A DNA stretch of 64,000 nt from Octopus vulgaris. Taxonomy: Eukaryota. The stretch lies in the NCBI GenBank assembly GCA_951406725.2, contig OX597835.1:43338001-43402000 (forward strand), given 5' to 3'. Shown one piece after another: positions 52,644 through 64,000 of this stretch. The notes beneath the pieces were generated by a model. It was not told where the DNA came from and did no database searches. It was given only the letters and a program-made list of their open reading frames with translations. The translations under genes and the position numbers were made by a program. The stretch's first letter is position 1, and every line of letters begins with the position of its first letter.

Positions 52644-53129
52644 TAAATAATTATCTTATGAACTGTTTTAGCTTTCATCTATTTCCACTACAAGATGCAG
52701 TGGACTCACAGTTGAGTGCCTGAGTAACCCTAACCCTAACCTTATAACTTCATCAGAACCTTAAACATGAAATGTAAGGTAATGAAGTTCATAAGATAAT
52801 CATTTATTCCTCTGTCATCTACTTTTCTTATTACCATTCTGTACACCACTAACGCTTCATTCTGAAGCACACACATATTGAGTTCTCCACCAGGTTATTA
52901 GTCTCACAATGCCTAACCGAAATGTAGTAGATTCCAGTAGAAAATGTATCTGGCAATGAAGAAAAAGGCCTTGCTTGGAAACAGGTGAGGATCGGTGACA
53001 GGAAGGGCATCCAGTCATAGAGAAATCTACCTCAACAAATTCTATCTGACCCATGCAAGCATGACAAAATGAACGTAAAATGATGTTTTTGTCCTCTGTC
53101 AAAGACAGCAAAATAGCCGCTCCCTCTGG

Positions 53130-53800
53130 TCCTCATCACCAAGAAGCTGGGATTTACTTTGTCAATGTTTAGGATGGAACTGGAAAAACCTTCCAGATGA
53201 GTCTATTGTGCACCAAAGTCTGTTACCATAAAAGCAGAGCTACTGCTGTTGTTTCTTTGGGTGTTGCTGCCATACTTCTTTCTGGAAGCTGTATATCACA
53301 TTCCACTTTCAAACTCTGGTTGGACTTAAACACATATAATGAACTCATTCACAATTATGCTAAGAATTCAGGAACTGGATGAGAGCTTAAAGGATGCCAA
53401 ATGATTTTCTGAGAAGAATACACTGTGACTCACAAAAGAACTTCCAAAGCTCTGGGCAGGAAACTGCAGAATTCTCATGGCAATAGATCTCAAATGGTCA
53501 GAGCAGCACTCAAGTGATCAGATTGGCCCTCAAATGGTCAGTTGGCTTCTATTAGTTCCACCAAGTCATCCAATAAGAAACAAAAGCCAATGAATTTCTC
53601 AATTGCTTTAAACCATCATCACTTTGGATCAAAATTAAAATCTTCAAACTGTTTACAAACCTATGAGTCAAACATTTAGGTGGTCAGCTGTTTGGTTGGT
53701 CTTTTGGCCAAAAATTTGTCACGAGACAGCAAAAGATTTCTTTTCTGTAGTAATGGATCCATGAACCAAGCTCCTATATTAGCATAATGGTTAAAACAGA
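53130..53800 (+). pseudogene. Helitron PIF1-helicase remnant
   Basis: DGTGKTF (Walker A)...AVVSLGVAAILLSGSCISHSTFKL; later KANEFLNCFKPSSLW.KIKIFKLFTN; multiple stops. Confidence 0.8.
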
Positions 53801-54276
53801 AAAACTGACATTGAAGCAGTTCCACATCATATGTTGTAGTTAACGGTTCACTAGTTCATGTTATTTTCTGTAATAAATACTCTGCCTAATTTCACAAATG
53901 CTGTACATGTATATACAGCCTCCCAAACAGCAATATAGGACCCTGGGTAAATAAATGCATTAGGCCTTATAGAATTTAGAATTGGACCCCTGGACCAGTA
54001 GGGTCCCCTGCACAACTTCCTAGTATAGCCCATGCCTTAAGACACACTGCATGTATGTATACACACACACATATATATCTGTCTGACATTCGCCATGATA
54101 GATCGCTAGCCACTACACATTCTTTATTTTCTCCCCTTGTTTCTTTCTGTGTTCCTTTCTGTGGAAGAGCGTAGGCTCAAAATGTTAAAGACTTTTTCAC
54201 TTCTTGAGCGTTATACTAATAAATCTGTTTGTTGTCTACACCACCTGTCTTCGTCTTTTGTTTTTTTGTGAATTCT

Positions 54277-54356
<80 letters not shown>

Positions 54357-54359
<3 letters not shown>

Positions 54360-54745
54360 ACGCAGGAGTGGCTGTGTGGTAAGTAGCTTGCTAACCAATC
54401 ACATGGTTCTGGGTTCAGTCCCACTGCGTGGCATCTTGGGCAAGTGTTTTCTGCTATAGCCCTGGGCCAACCAATGCCTTGTGAGTGGATTTGGTAGACG
54501 GAAACTGAAAGAAGCCTGTCGTATATATGTATATATATATATGTATGTGTGTGTGTTTGTGTGTCTGTGTTTGTCTCCCTAGCTGGTGTGTTTACATCCC
54601 CGTCACTTAGCGGTTCGGCAAAAGAGACCGATAGAATAAGTACTGGGCTTACAAAGAATAAGTCCCGGGGTCGATTTGCTCGACTAAAGGCGGTGCTCCA
54701 GCATGGCCGCAGTCAAATGACTGAAACAAGTAAAAGAGTAAAAGA
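54357..54745 (+). mobile_element. SINE family A (other copies at 18822-19040, 47786-48155, 55918-56290)
   Basis: Consensus match. Confidence 0.85.
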
Positions 54746-55130
54746 GTATATATATATGTCATACACAGCTTCTTTCAGTTTCAGTTTACCAAATCCACTC
54801 ACAACACTTTAGTTAGCTGAAGGCTATAGAAGAGGGCTCTTGCCCAAGGTGGTACACAGTGGAACTGAAACTAGAACCATTTGGTTAGGAATCAAACTTT
54901 TTACCACACCTGAGCCTATTATTCACTTTCACTGCAAAACTTCCTGAAGAATTATATTTCTTATAATATAGACAAGAGGTGGCAAAAACACACATTGGCC
55001 TCCTGGATTTCCAGTCTGTAATAAATCATTTCTGCTTCTTTTTTTGTGCTGATTCAACCAAGAAGTACAAACGTGCAGCGTAATAAAGGAACAGGCTGAA
55101 GTTGAAGACATGAAAATTGTCAGAAATTTG

Positions 55131-55549
55131 GGATCTTTTCGGTTTGAACGGCAGTTTTTTCTAGCGGTGTCATATGAAATTGTCACCCATAATTATGACC
55201 CTAGCATCGATCTATTGCATTTCAATCTGTTTTACATTTAGGGTTAGGGGTGGGGAGAAGGGTATCTTTTTTTCTTCACAAATGTAAATAAACCCAATCT
55301 GTTTCTTAAACGTGGGACATATTCATACAGCACAGAATGTTTTTTACCTCAATGGACGTCATTGATTGGTTGAAATTGCAGAAATTGAAGAAAAAAAACA
55401 ACAAATATCTTACAAACTATAGAATTTTCTCAATAAAGCCAAGAGAAAAAGATGTTTTATAAACACATTCTACCAGTATATACGAAGTTTAAAATTTTTT
55501 AGTTACCTAGAAATTATGTTAAAAACTGCCGTTCAAACTGAAAAGATCC
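55131..55549. mobile_element. Merlin-like MITE (inverted copy at ~17888-18280; related partial at ~16713-17038)
   Basis: TIR GGATCTTTTC.GTTTGAACGGCAGTTTTT; perfect TSD GAAATTTG at 55123-55130 and 55550-55557. Confidence 0.88.
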
Positions 55550-56469
55550 GAAATTTGAATATAAAAGGTAATAGTAGAATTTATGAAGCAGAAATAATTA
55601 ATAGTGGAATAAGTGTAAATGCAAATACTTGGAGCATATTAAATATATTGATGACACATAGCGAATTAAATGTATATATATTGATTAGATTTACCAATGA
55701 GAAAACAGAAATTGATTTCATCATCAGAATTTATGAACAAAAACATTTGTTGAACATTAGGGTAAAAAGGGTCAAAAGTCCTTATCTGCTCAGTGTCCTC
55801 CCTTATCAAACTCCTAAACATGTTTCCCCATGGTAGACGGCAGCCAATTTGCCTTCAGAAGTTCAAATTTATCACAAACCCATTTGAACTAACCTAAGGT
55901 TATTCATCACTGCTAAAGAAGCCTGCTTCCCAACCACATGGTTCCGGGTTCAGTCCCACTGCGTGGCACCTTGGGCAAGTACCAACCAAAGCTCTGTGAG
56001 TGGATTTGGTAGACGGAAACTGAAAGAAGCCCGAAAAGCCCATCGTATATATATATACATACATATATATATATGTGTGTGTGTGTGTACTTGTGTGTGT
56101 GTGTTTGTCCCCACACCATCGATTGACAAACGATGTTGGTGTGTTTACGTCCATGTAACTTAGCGGTTCGGCAAAAGTGACCGATAGACTAAGTACTAGG
56201 CTTACAAGGAATAAGTCCTAGGGTCGATTTGTTCGACTAAAGGCGGTGCTCCAGCATGGCCGCAGTCAAATGACTGAAACAAATAAAAGAATATATCAAA
56301 ATAAATAAATATTAATAATAATTATTATTATTATTATTCCTCTCATCCTTTCGGGGTCGATGAATTAAGTACCAGTTACGCACTGGGGTCGAGGTAATCG
56401 ACTTAATCCGTTTGTCTGTCCTTGTTTGTCCCCTCTATGTTTAGCCCCTTGTGGGCAATAAAGAAGCAA

Positions 56470-56515
<46 letters not shown>

Positions 56516-57087
56516 CTTGTTGTTGTTGTTCTGAATCGATCTTTTAACAACTAAGTTTCCCTATTTGAGTACAATGTTTGTCATTAATCCGCCGCCGCGC
56601 GAGAGAGGTTACTATCAGTCAAAGGTGAGCAAAGGCGTTTAACATTGAATTCGGACGTAAAAACAAAAGCAGAACAGAAGACATGGCTTTTATCTCATTC
56701 GCTGGTGTCTAATGGAAGAAATTTCATACAAAAGGAAAAAAGAAGAAAAACCCAACAATTCTCAAGGTCAAAAGGGATGTGAGGTAAAGTGGGGGTAGTC
56801 GGGGGTAGCTGAGGAGTTAGGGATGGTTGTGGAGGGTCGAAAAGAAACGAAAAGAGGAAAGGAAAAAAAAATTCTATTTTCAGTGACTTTTCGGTACACG
56901 GTATGGGAAGTCGTCGTGAAATATTCGAGATGGCATTCTTCTGGGAATGAATATGGTAAGTAAAAGAGGTGGCGGCGGCGACGGTGGCTGCGATTCGGTG
57001 GCGGTGTTGGCGATTGGGATGCGATGTGGAAGTGCTAATGGAAGTGGTGGTGGTGGTGGTGATTTTAGTGATGGTAATAGTGGTAGT

Positions 57088-57690
57088 TGAGAGAGAGAAA
57101 GCAAGAGCGCGCGAGAGAGTGAATGAGCAAGAGAGAAAGAGAGAGTGAATGAGCAAGAGAGAAAGAGAGAGTGAATGAGCAAGAGCGAAAGAGAGAGTGA
57201 ATGAGCAAGAGAGAGTGAAAGAGCAATAGAGAAAGAGAGAGTGAAAGAGCAATAGAGAAAGAGAGAGTGAAAGAGCAATAGAGAAAGAGAGAGTGAATGA
57301 GCAAGAGAGAAAGAGAGAGTGAATGAGAAAGAGAGAAAGAGAGAGTGAATGAGTAAGAGGATGAGCAAGAGAGAAATAGAGAGTGAAAGAGCAATAGAGA
57401 AAGAGAGTGAAAGAGCAATAGAGAAAGAGAGAGTGAATGAGCAAGAGAGAAAGAGAGAGTGAAAGAGAAAGAGAGAGTGAAAGAGCAAGAGAGAAAGAGA
57501 GAGTGAATGAGCAAGAGAGAAAGAAAGAGTGAATGAGCAAGAGAGAAAGAGAGAGTGAATGAGAAAGAGAGAGTGAAAGAGAAAGAGAGAGTGAATGAGC
57601 AAGAGAGAAAGAGAGAGTGAATGAGCAAGAGAGAAAGAGAGAGTGAATGAGCAAGAGAGAAAGAGAGAGTGAATTAGCAAGAGAGAGGGA
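57088..57690. repeat. Purine-rich ~26-bp minisatellite (GAGAGAGTGAATGAGCAAGAGAGAAA)
   Basis: About 20 or more units; source of the 510/295/187-aa minus-strand ORFs. Confidence 0.92.
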
Positions 57691-57971
57691 AAGTATGCAT
57701 GTGTGAACGAGCAAGAAAAAGAGAGAGAACATGAATGAGTGAGAGGAAGAGCAAAGGAGATTGACAAACTTCAGGGAATGTGTACAAACATGGTGAAGGT
57801 GGTGGTGAACCGAATGAGGTTGGTGAAGTAGCATTTGAGAAAAACTCTGCACTATGTTCAATGGACAGTAAATGTCTTTATATAAAAGAGTAATACACAC
57901 AGCCATCTTGGTTGAGGAGTGGAGGGAATGCAAAGGAGTTTTCCCAAAGTATAGACAATTTAAGTAGCATG

Positions 57972-58365
57972 GGCGCAGGAGTGGCTGTGTGGTAAGTAGC
58001 TTGCTTACCAACCACATGGTTCCGGGTTCAGTCCCACTGCGTGACACCTTGGGCAAGTGTCTTCTACTATAGCCTCGGGCCGACCAATGCCTTGTGAGTG
58101 GATTTGGTAAACGGAAACTGTAAGAAGCCTGTCGTGTATATGTATATATATATATATATGTGTGTGTGTTTGTGTGTCTGTGTTTGTCCCCCCAACATCG
58201 CTTGACAACCGATGCTGGTGTGTTCATATCCTCGTAACTTAGCGGTTCGGCAAAAGAGACCGATAGAATAAGTACTAGGCTTACTAAGTCCTGTGGTCGA
58301 TTTGCTCAACTAAAGGCGGTGCTCCAGCATGGCCGCAGTCAAATGACTGAAACAAATAAAAAAGT
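57972..58365 (+). mobile_element. SINE family A, full length (minus-strand copy at 61760-62112)
   Basis: Consensus match. Confidence 0.85.
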
Positions 58366-59275
58366 AAAGAGAGTAGGGGCACTTTAAATTATGGGGGCAA
58401 AAGTATATTTTGCTGCCCCAGTGGACATCTTGCAGGAATTGCAATGGTGGGTGATTTTCTCACACTGCTGTATGTAAATAATTTTCCTTTATTTCTACTG
58501 TGGGGGAACTGGGATTCAAGGCCAGTTCAAGGTACCAACAACTCAGGCAGTCACCTGGGGTGCCAATGAGGGTGTGTCAAAGACAAGGAAATTTCCACGA
58601 CTGTCAGCTTGTACGCACTGAAGTTCAGCTAGCCCTGGGCACCAGCAACTTTAAGGCCGGCCCTGTTCGGATTGAACTATTAAGAGGATTTAACCCTTGG
58701 CCATCTCCAGGTCAAATATTCCACCTGTTTTATGTTGAAATTGGCCAGGTCCAGCCTCTCACACCTATCCTACAATGTCAGTCTAAAAATAAACAATCTT
58801 CAAGATGTTGAAGCTACAAGATACTACAGGATCAATTTTTTAAAATGTGGGCAAACAAGCATTATATTTGATGGATTAGAGAATGAAAGTTGTATGAGTA
58901 GAGCCAATCAGGCCTACATTGCAAGCCCCTTCTCTCATTGCACTCCATTTTTCCAGATCTGTAATGTGAGCCCCCACTTTTCAGCTTTACAATCTGTTTT
59001 CCCTTCTCCCAGCTCTATGATGTGTACCCTCATTTCTCAGTCCCACAATGTGCTACCCCTTCTTTCAGCCCTACAAAGTGCTCCCTCCTTTCCTAGCCAT
59101 GCAATGTGTGCCTCCTCTACCCAACCACAAAATGTGCACCTCCTTCTCTCAACCCAACACTGCACACCCCCTTTTCTCACCCCTATAGTGTGCATTGCCT
59201 TTAATATCTTTTCCTGTAAATCCTTCCGGCCATACCCTACTTTACATCAGCTAAAAAATGCAGGTGAAAAATTAT

Positions 59276-59510
59276 GTTTCTTTACTACCCATAAGGGGCT
59301 AAACATAGAGGAGACAAACAAGGACAGACAAACGAATTAAGTCGATTACATCGACCCCAGTGCGTAACTGGTACTTAATTTATTGACCTTGAAAGGATGA
59401 AAGGCAAAGTCGACCTCGGCAGAATTTGAACCCAGAATGTAACTGCAGACGAAATACAGCTACGCATTTCGTCCGGCGTGCTAACGTTTCTGCCAGCTTG
59501 CCGCCTTACC
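59276..59510 (-). mobile_element. SINE family B with TSD (other copies at 33895-34103, 49178-49408, 61433-61665, 63670-63901)
   Basis: CAGGTGAAAAATTAT flanks both sides. Confidence 0.85.
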
Positions 59511-60944
59511 CAGGTGAAAAATTATAGTCAACTTGCACACAAGAAATCTGTAGTTTTATGATCAGATCCCCAAGCAAATCTGTTATTTGGCAAAGTTTGA
59601 AATCTTTCACACCAAATCATGTGACAGCTTTTAACCCCACATGACTCTCTAGTCTTCCCCCATCTCACTCGAAGCCTGTCTTCGATACTCTGCTGTTTCA
59701 AAAGTGATCTCTTCTGCTCTCTTTATTACAGAGGTTTTATGTCCAGCAAAATGAGGATCAGAAACACAAAGGGTTGAGGATTGTGCAACAGTCTGGTGCC
59801 ATTGGGGTGAAGTGTATCCAAAATGATGAAGGCAGACTCACTGTCACTGTGAAAGGCAAGGTTGTGGCATGGAAGTGCTGATATGAGAGGCTGTTGAATG
59901 TGGAGAATGCATGGGGTATCTACTAAACTGCAGTCAATTTGATTGGCTGGGCTCTCTGTAGGAGAAGACATCCATTCAAGTCGGCAAATGTAAAATGGAT
60001 AGAGTGATTAAGGACATGAGGTGAGGGAAAACTATGGATCCAACAAGGATAGTTGCACAGATGCTCAAAACACCTGGTGTAGTAGGATACCTGGTGAGGT
60101 AGGATAAATGGTGACCACTCAAATAGTACCACTCCATAGTACCTCTTTTGGTCTTGAAGCTAAACTATCACAGATCCTTTGCGGAATAACCCTCCCCAAA
60201 CTCCAACATATTAAATATTTTACAGGAGAAATACTCAGCTAAGAGTAAACCATTATTCCTGGCATTCATTAACTTAAAGGCACCAGCATAGCTAGTGGGG
60301 GACAATAGGGGTGGTCCACCCTGGGTGGCACTTTTGGGTCTGCTGCAGGTAATGTTTTTTGTGGGGTCTAGGGGCAGCAAATGGAAGGGCTGCCCCAGGT
60401 GGCACACATTCTAGCTACCCTAGTGCTTAAAGGTGTTCAGCAGAATATCATCATCATCATTTAACGCCCGCTTTCCATGCTAGCATGGGTTGGACGATTT
60501 GACTGAGGACTGGCGAACCAGATGGCTGCACCAGACTCCAATCTGATCTGGCAGAGTTTCTACAGCTGGATGCCCTTCCTAACGCCAACCACTCTGAGAG
60601 TGTAGTGGGTGCTTTTACGTGCCATCGACACGAGGGCCAGTCTGGTGATACTGGCAATGGCCACACTCAAATGGTGTTTTTTACATGCTACCTGCACAGG
60701 AGTCAGTCCAGTGGCACTGGCAACGACCTCGCTCAAATATTTTGTTCACGTGCCAGTAGGGTGACACTGGTAACGATCACGCTCAAATGGTGCTTTTTAC
60801 GTGCCACCAGCACAGAAGCCAGACAGCTGCTCTGGTAGTGATCCCGCTTGGATGGAGCTGTTCGCGCACCACTGGCACAGGTGCTAGTCATCGAATTTGG
60901 TTCAATTTCGATTTCACTTGCCCCAACAGGTCTTCGCAAGCATT

Positions 60945-61325
60945 CGGTAATTTGATAGTCACTGAGAAACCTAGGTGCAGATGAATGGGTTGTGATGGCT
61001 GCACAAGCTATATGCAGAGATGCAGTAAGCCAAGGATGAGAAGAGTAACAAATCTGACATAAGGAAATGGAGTCCGTCAAGGTTACGTCTTCAGTGCTCT
61101 CCTATTCATCACAATCTTACAGAGGAATTTAAGACTGACTGTCCACAGGAACTACCATATGCTGGTGATCCAATTCTCTTAGCTGAATCTGTAGTGGAAT
61201 TATAGAGGAACATCCAGGTATGGAAGGTAAACTAAGAATCAAGGGACCTCGAAGTAAACTTGACAATAAAGATGTGTGAATGGAGTTTGCAGAGAAGAGA
61301 GACCCAAGAAGACATGGGATTAAGT
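60945..61325 (+). pseudogene. RTE-clade LINE reverse transcriptase fragment
   Basis: SLRNLGADEWVV, GVRQGYVFSALLFITIL and TEEFKTDCPQELPYAGD (degenerate YADD), followed by LAES. Confidence 0.8.
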
Positions 61326-62136
61326 AGTGAAGGCTGATTGCAGGAGGGGACATTTTATAGATATGTGTGTAGAGAAAGAGATAGAGAGACAGACAGACAG
61401 ACACACAAATATATAAATGTATATATTATATATATTTCTTTACTGCCCACAAGGGGCTAAACACAGAGGGGACAAACAAGGACAGACACACGGATTAAGT
61501 CGATTACATCTACCCCAGTGCGAAACTGGTACTTTATTTATCGACCCCGAAAGGATGAAAGGCAAAGTCGACCCGGGCATAATTTGAACTCAGAACGTAA
61601 TGACAGACGAAATACTGCTAAGCATTTCGCCCAGCGTGCTAACGTTTCTGCCAGCTCACCGCCTTAAATGTATATATTATATAGTATATAGATATGCATA
61701 TGAATATAAATATATTATATATTGGGTGTATATATATATATATATATAGGTTCTTTTATTCTTTTACTTGTTTCAGTCACCTGACTGTGGCCATGCTGGA
61801 GCACTGCCTTTAGTTGACCGAATTGATCCCAAGACTTATTCTTTGTAAACTTAGTACTTATTCTATCTGTCTCTTTTGCTGAACTGCTAAGTTACAGGGA
61901 CGTAAACATTGGTTGTCGAGCGATGGTGTGGGGACAAACACAGACACACAAACACACACACACACACATATATACAACAGGCTTTCAGTTTCTGTCTACA
62001 AAATCCTCTCAAAAGGTTTTGGTCAGCCTGAGGCTATATAGTAGAAGACACTTGCCCAAGGTGCCATGTGGTTGGTAAGCAAGCTACTTACCACACAGCC
62101 ACTCCTGTGCCTATATACATATATGTATAAATATAT

Positions 62137-62171
<35 letters not shown>

Positions 62172-62595
62172 GTGTATAAATATATATTATATAACTACAT
62201 ATTTATAGACATATGCGTATTAATATACATACATACCTATATGGGTATTTATATACATATACATGTGTATGCATACATGCACATATACACATATACATGC
62301 ATGCAAGCATATATATACATACATGTATACACACATGCATATATACATAAATGAGATCACTCTAAGCTAAGTCCTCCCTGCAATTGTTTTTCTTGGAGCA
62401 TGGCATAAGTGGTACCTTTTCATTGCAGAAGGCTAAACTGAATCTATTCCAGGCTAATTAGGAACATCGTTAATTGCACCATAATCTTTCCAAAACTGTC
62501 AGAACCTTCGTGCAGCAATTCAACACTCTATAATTATCTCTCTTTATTACAGCTCATTCGCCCTTCTAGCAGATTATCTACAATACGGCTATGTA

Positions 62596-63161
62596 TTGGG
62601 TTGTCCAGAAAATTTTTGCTGATTTATAGTAGCTTACCTTTCGACTTATTTTAAAACATGGTTGAGTCCATAAAATAGGATTTGACTACACTTCCATTTA
62701 GAGCACAGTTTAAGCTATCTTTTCGTGGAAGAAGGTTTATGTTCCTATAACCTGTGTTAATTCTGTAACCCTTTAAAATGGAAGATAAGAAAGTTCTTTT
62801 TCGGCACTTGATGCTATGGGAACCAGACAAAAATTGCTGCAGCTCAGCTGGGATGTGTTACCCCGCTCTCCATATTCACCAGATATTGCTCCTTCAGATT
62901 TCCACTTATTCAGGTCTCTGCAGAATAGTCTTAATGGTAAAAATTTCAATTCTTTGGATGACATAAAAAGATACCGTGATGAATTCTTTGACAAGAAACC
63001 ATCTCAGTTCTGGGAAGAGGGTATTTTCAAGTTAAAGGAAAGATGGAGATGCATTGTGTGACAAAATGGTTCATATTTGGTTGATTAAAAATGTAATGGC
63101 AAATATTTATTGACCGTTTCCTTTCCTTTAAAAATCGGCACAAACTTTCCAGACAACCCAA
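62596..63161 (+). mobile_element. Internally deleted mariner element
   Basis: TA-flanked TIRs TTGGGTTGTC; N-terminal MEDKKVLFRHLML joined to C-terminal TRQKLLQLSWDVL..PYSPDIAPSDFHLFRSLQN. Confidence 0.9.
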
Positions 63162-64000
63162 TATTATGTACCATTTTATGTCTGTTTCTCATGTTGGCAT
63201 GTGTTGGACAGGTCAGCAGAATTTGAATTAGTTCTTATTCAGAGTCGCTGCTCTTCAAGATGTGATATTGCCATGCATTGCTTCAACATTTCATCCTGGC
63301 ATGGTTATATCAGTGGACACCCCACTTCCTAATGCCAACCATTTTACAGACTGCACTCAACCAATTTTACCATGGTGCCAGCACTAGAGATATCATCATG
63401 GTTTTAACAAAATTAAGGAATCTTCTTAAACTCTACAATCATCTTGTTTGTATACCATATTTTTTTGTTCTGGGTTTGGAAGAAATGGAAGTGCTCATGG
63501 CTTTCATAGGGATCTCTGTCTCCCATGCAGATTGGTGAGATTGATGCTGTTAAAGTTCCTTTGTAAGTCAACAAGTAGAGGGGGAAGGATATGAACAGGA
63601 AGGGAATTCCAGACAGAAAGTGGGGATCCTTACTACCTTCCATAGTCTTTGTTTGTTCAGCACAGTATGTATTTCTTTACTACCCACAAGGGGCTAAACA
63701 CAGAGGGGACAAACAAGGACAGACAAACAGATTAAGTCGATTACATCGACTCCCGTGTGCGTAACTGGTACTTAATTTATCGACCCCAAAAGGATGAAAG
63801 GCAAAATCGACCTTGGCGGAATTTGAACTCAGAACATAATGGCAGACGAAATACGGCTATGCATTTCACCCGGCGTGCTAACATTTCTGCCAGCTCGCCG
63901 CTCTCTAGTGCTGGCACCATGATAAAATTGGTTGAGTGCAGTCTGTAAAATGGTTGGGATTAGGAAGGGTGTCCACTGATATAACCATTCCAGGATGAAA

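Noticed and set aside
52726-52742. Interstitial telomere (TAACCC)3
   Set aside because: Too short to indicate a chromosome fusion; likely another MITE-derived or chance repeat.
56695-58227. 510-aa ORF (and overlapping 295-aa and 187-aa ORFs) on the minus strand
   Set aside because: Made of an antisense SINE A plus a stop-free CT-rich minisatellite; not protein-like.
59560-60160. Possible decayed RNase H or LINE fragment on the minus strand (FHSDSESA)
   Set aside because: Only one weak motif is recognisable.

Overview
AT-rich, microsatellite- and SINE-dense eukaryotic DNA, most consistent with an octopus (coleoid cephalopod) genome; this is inferred from the repeat families, not proven. One host gene is well supported: a minus-strand, three-exon Kruppel-like factor (CDS 45379-44743, 31432-31343, 25196-25030; 297 aa). 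It has an N-terminal Sin3-interaction-like helix (KLF9/13 or KLF10/11/cabut group), one zinc finger per exon, a TATA+Inr promoter and two tandem uORFs. Most of the rest is mobile DNA: an intact Tc1/mariner transposase (rosa/DD41D-like, but with DD38D spacing) nested in a hAT-type MITE; decayed Tc1, mariner, Tigger, Helitron and RTE fragments; Merlin-like and piggyBac-like MITEs; several SINE families; and Penelope-like repeat ends carrying minimal hammerhead-ribozyme motifs. Nearly all other ORFs in the supplied track are microsatellite or SINE artefacts. All coordinates were read by eye, and the ends of decayed repeats are approximate.
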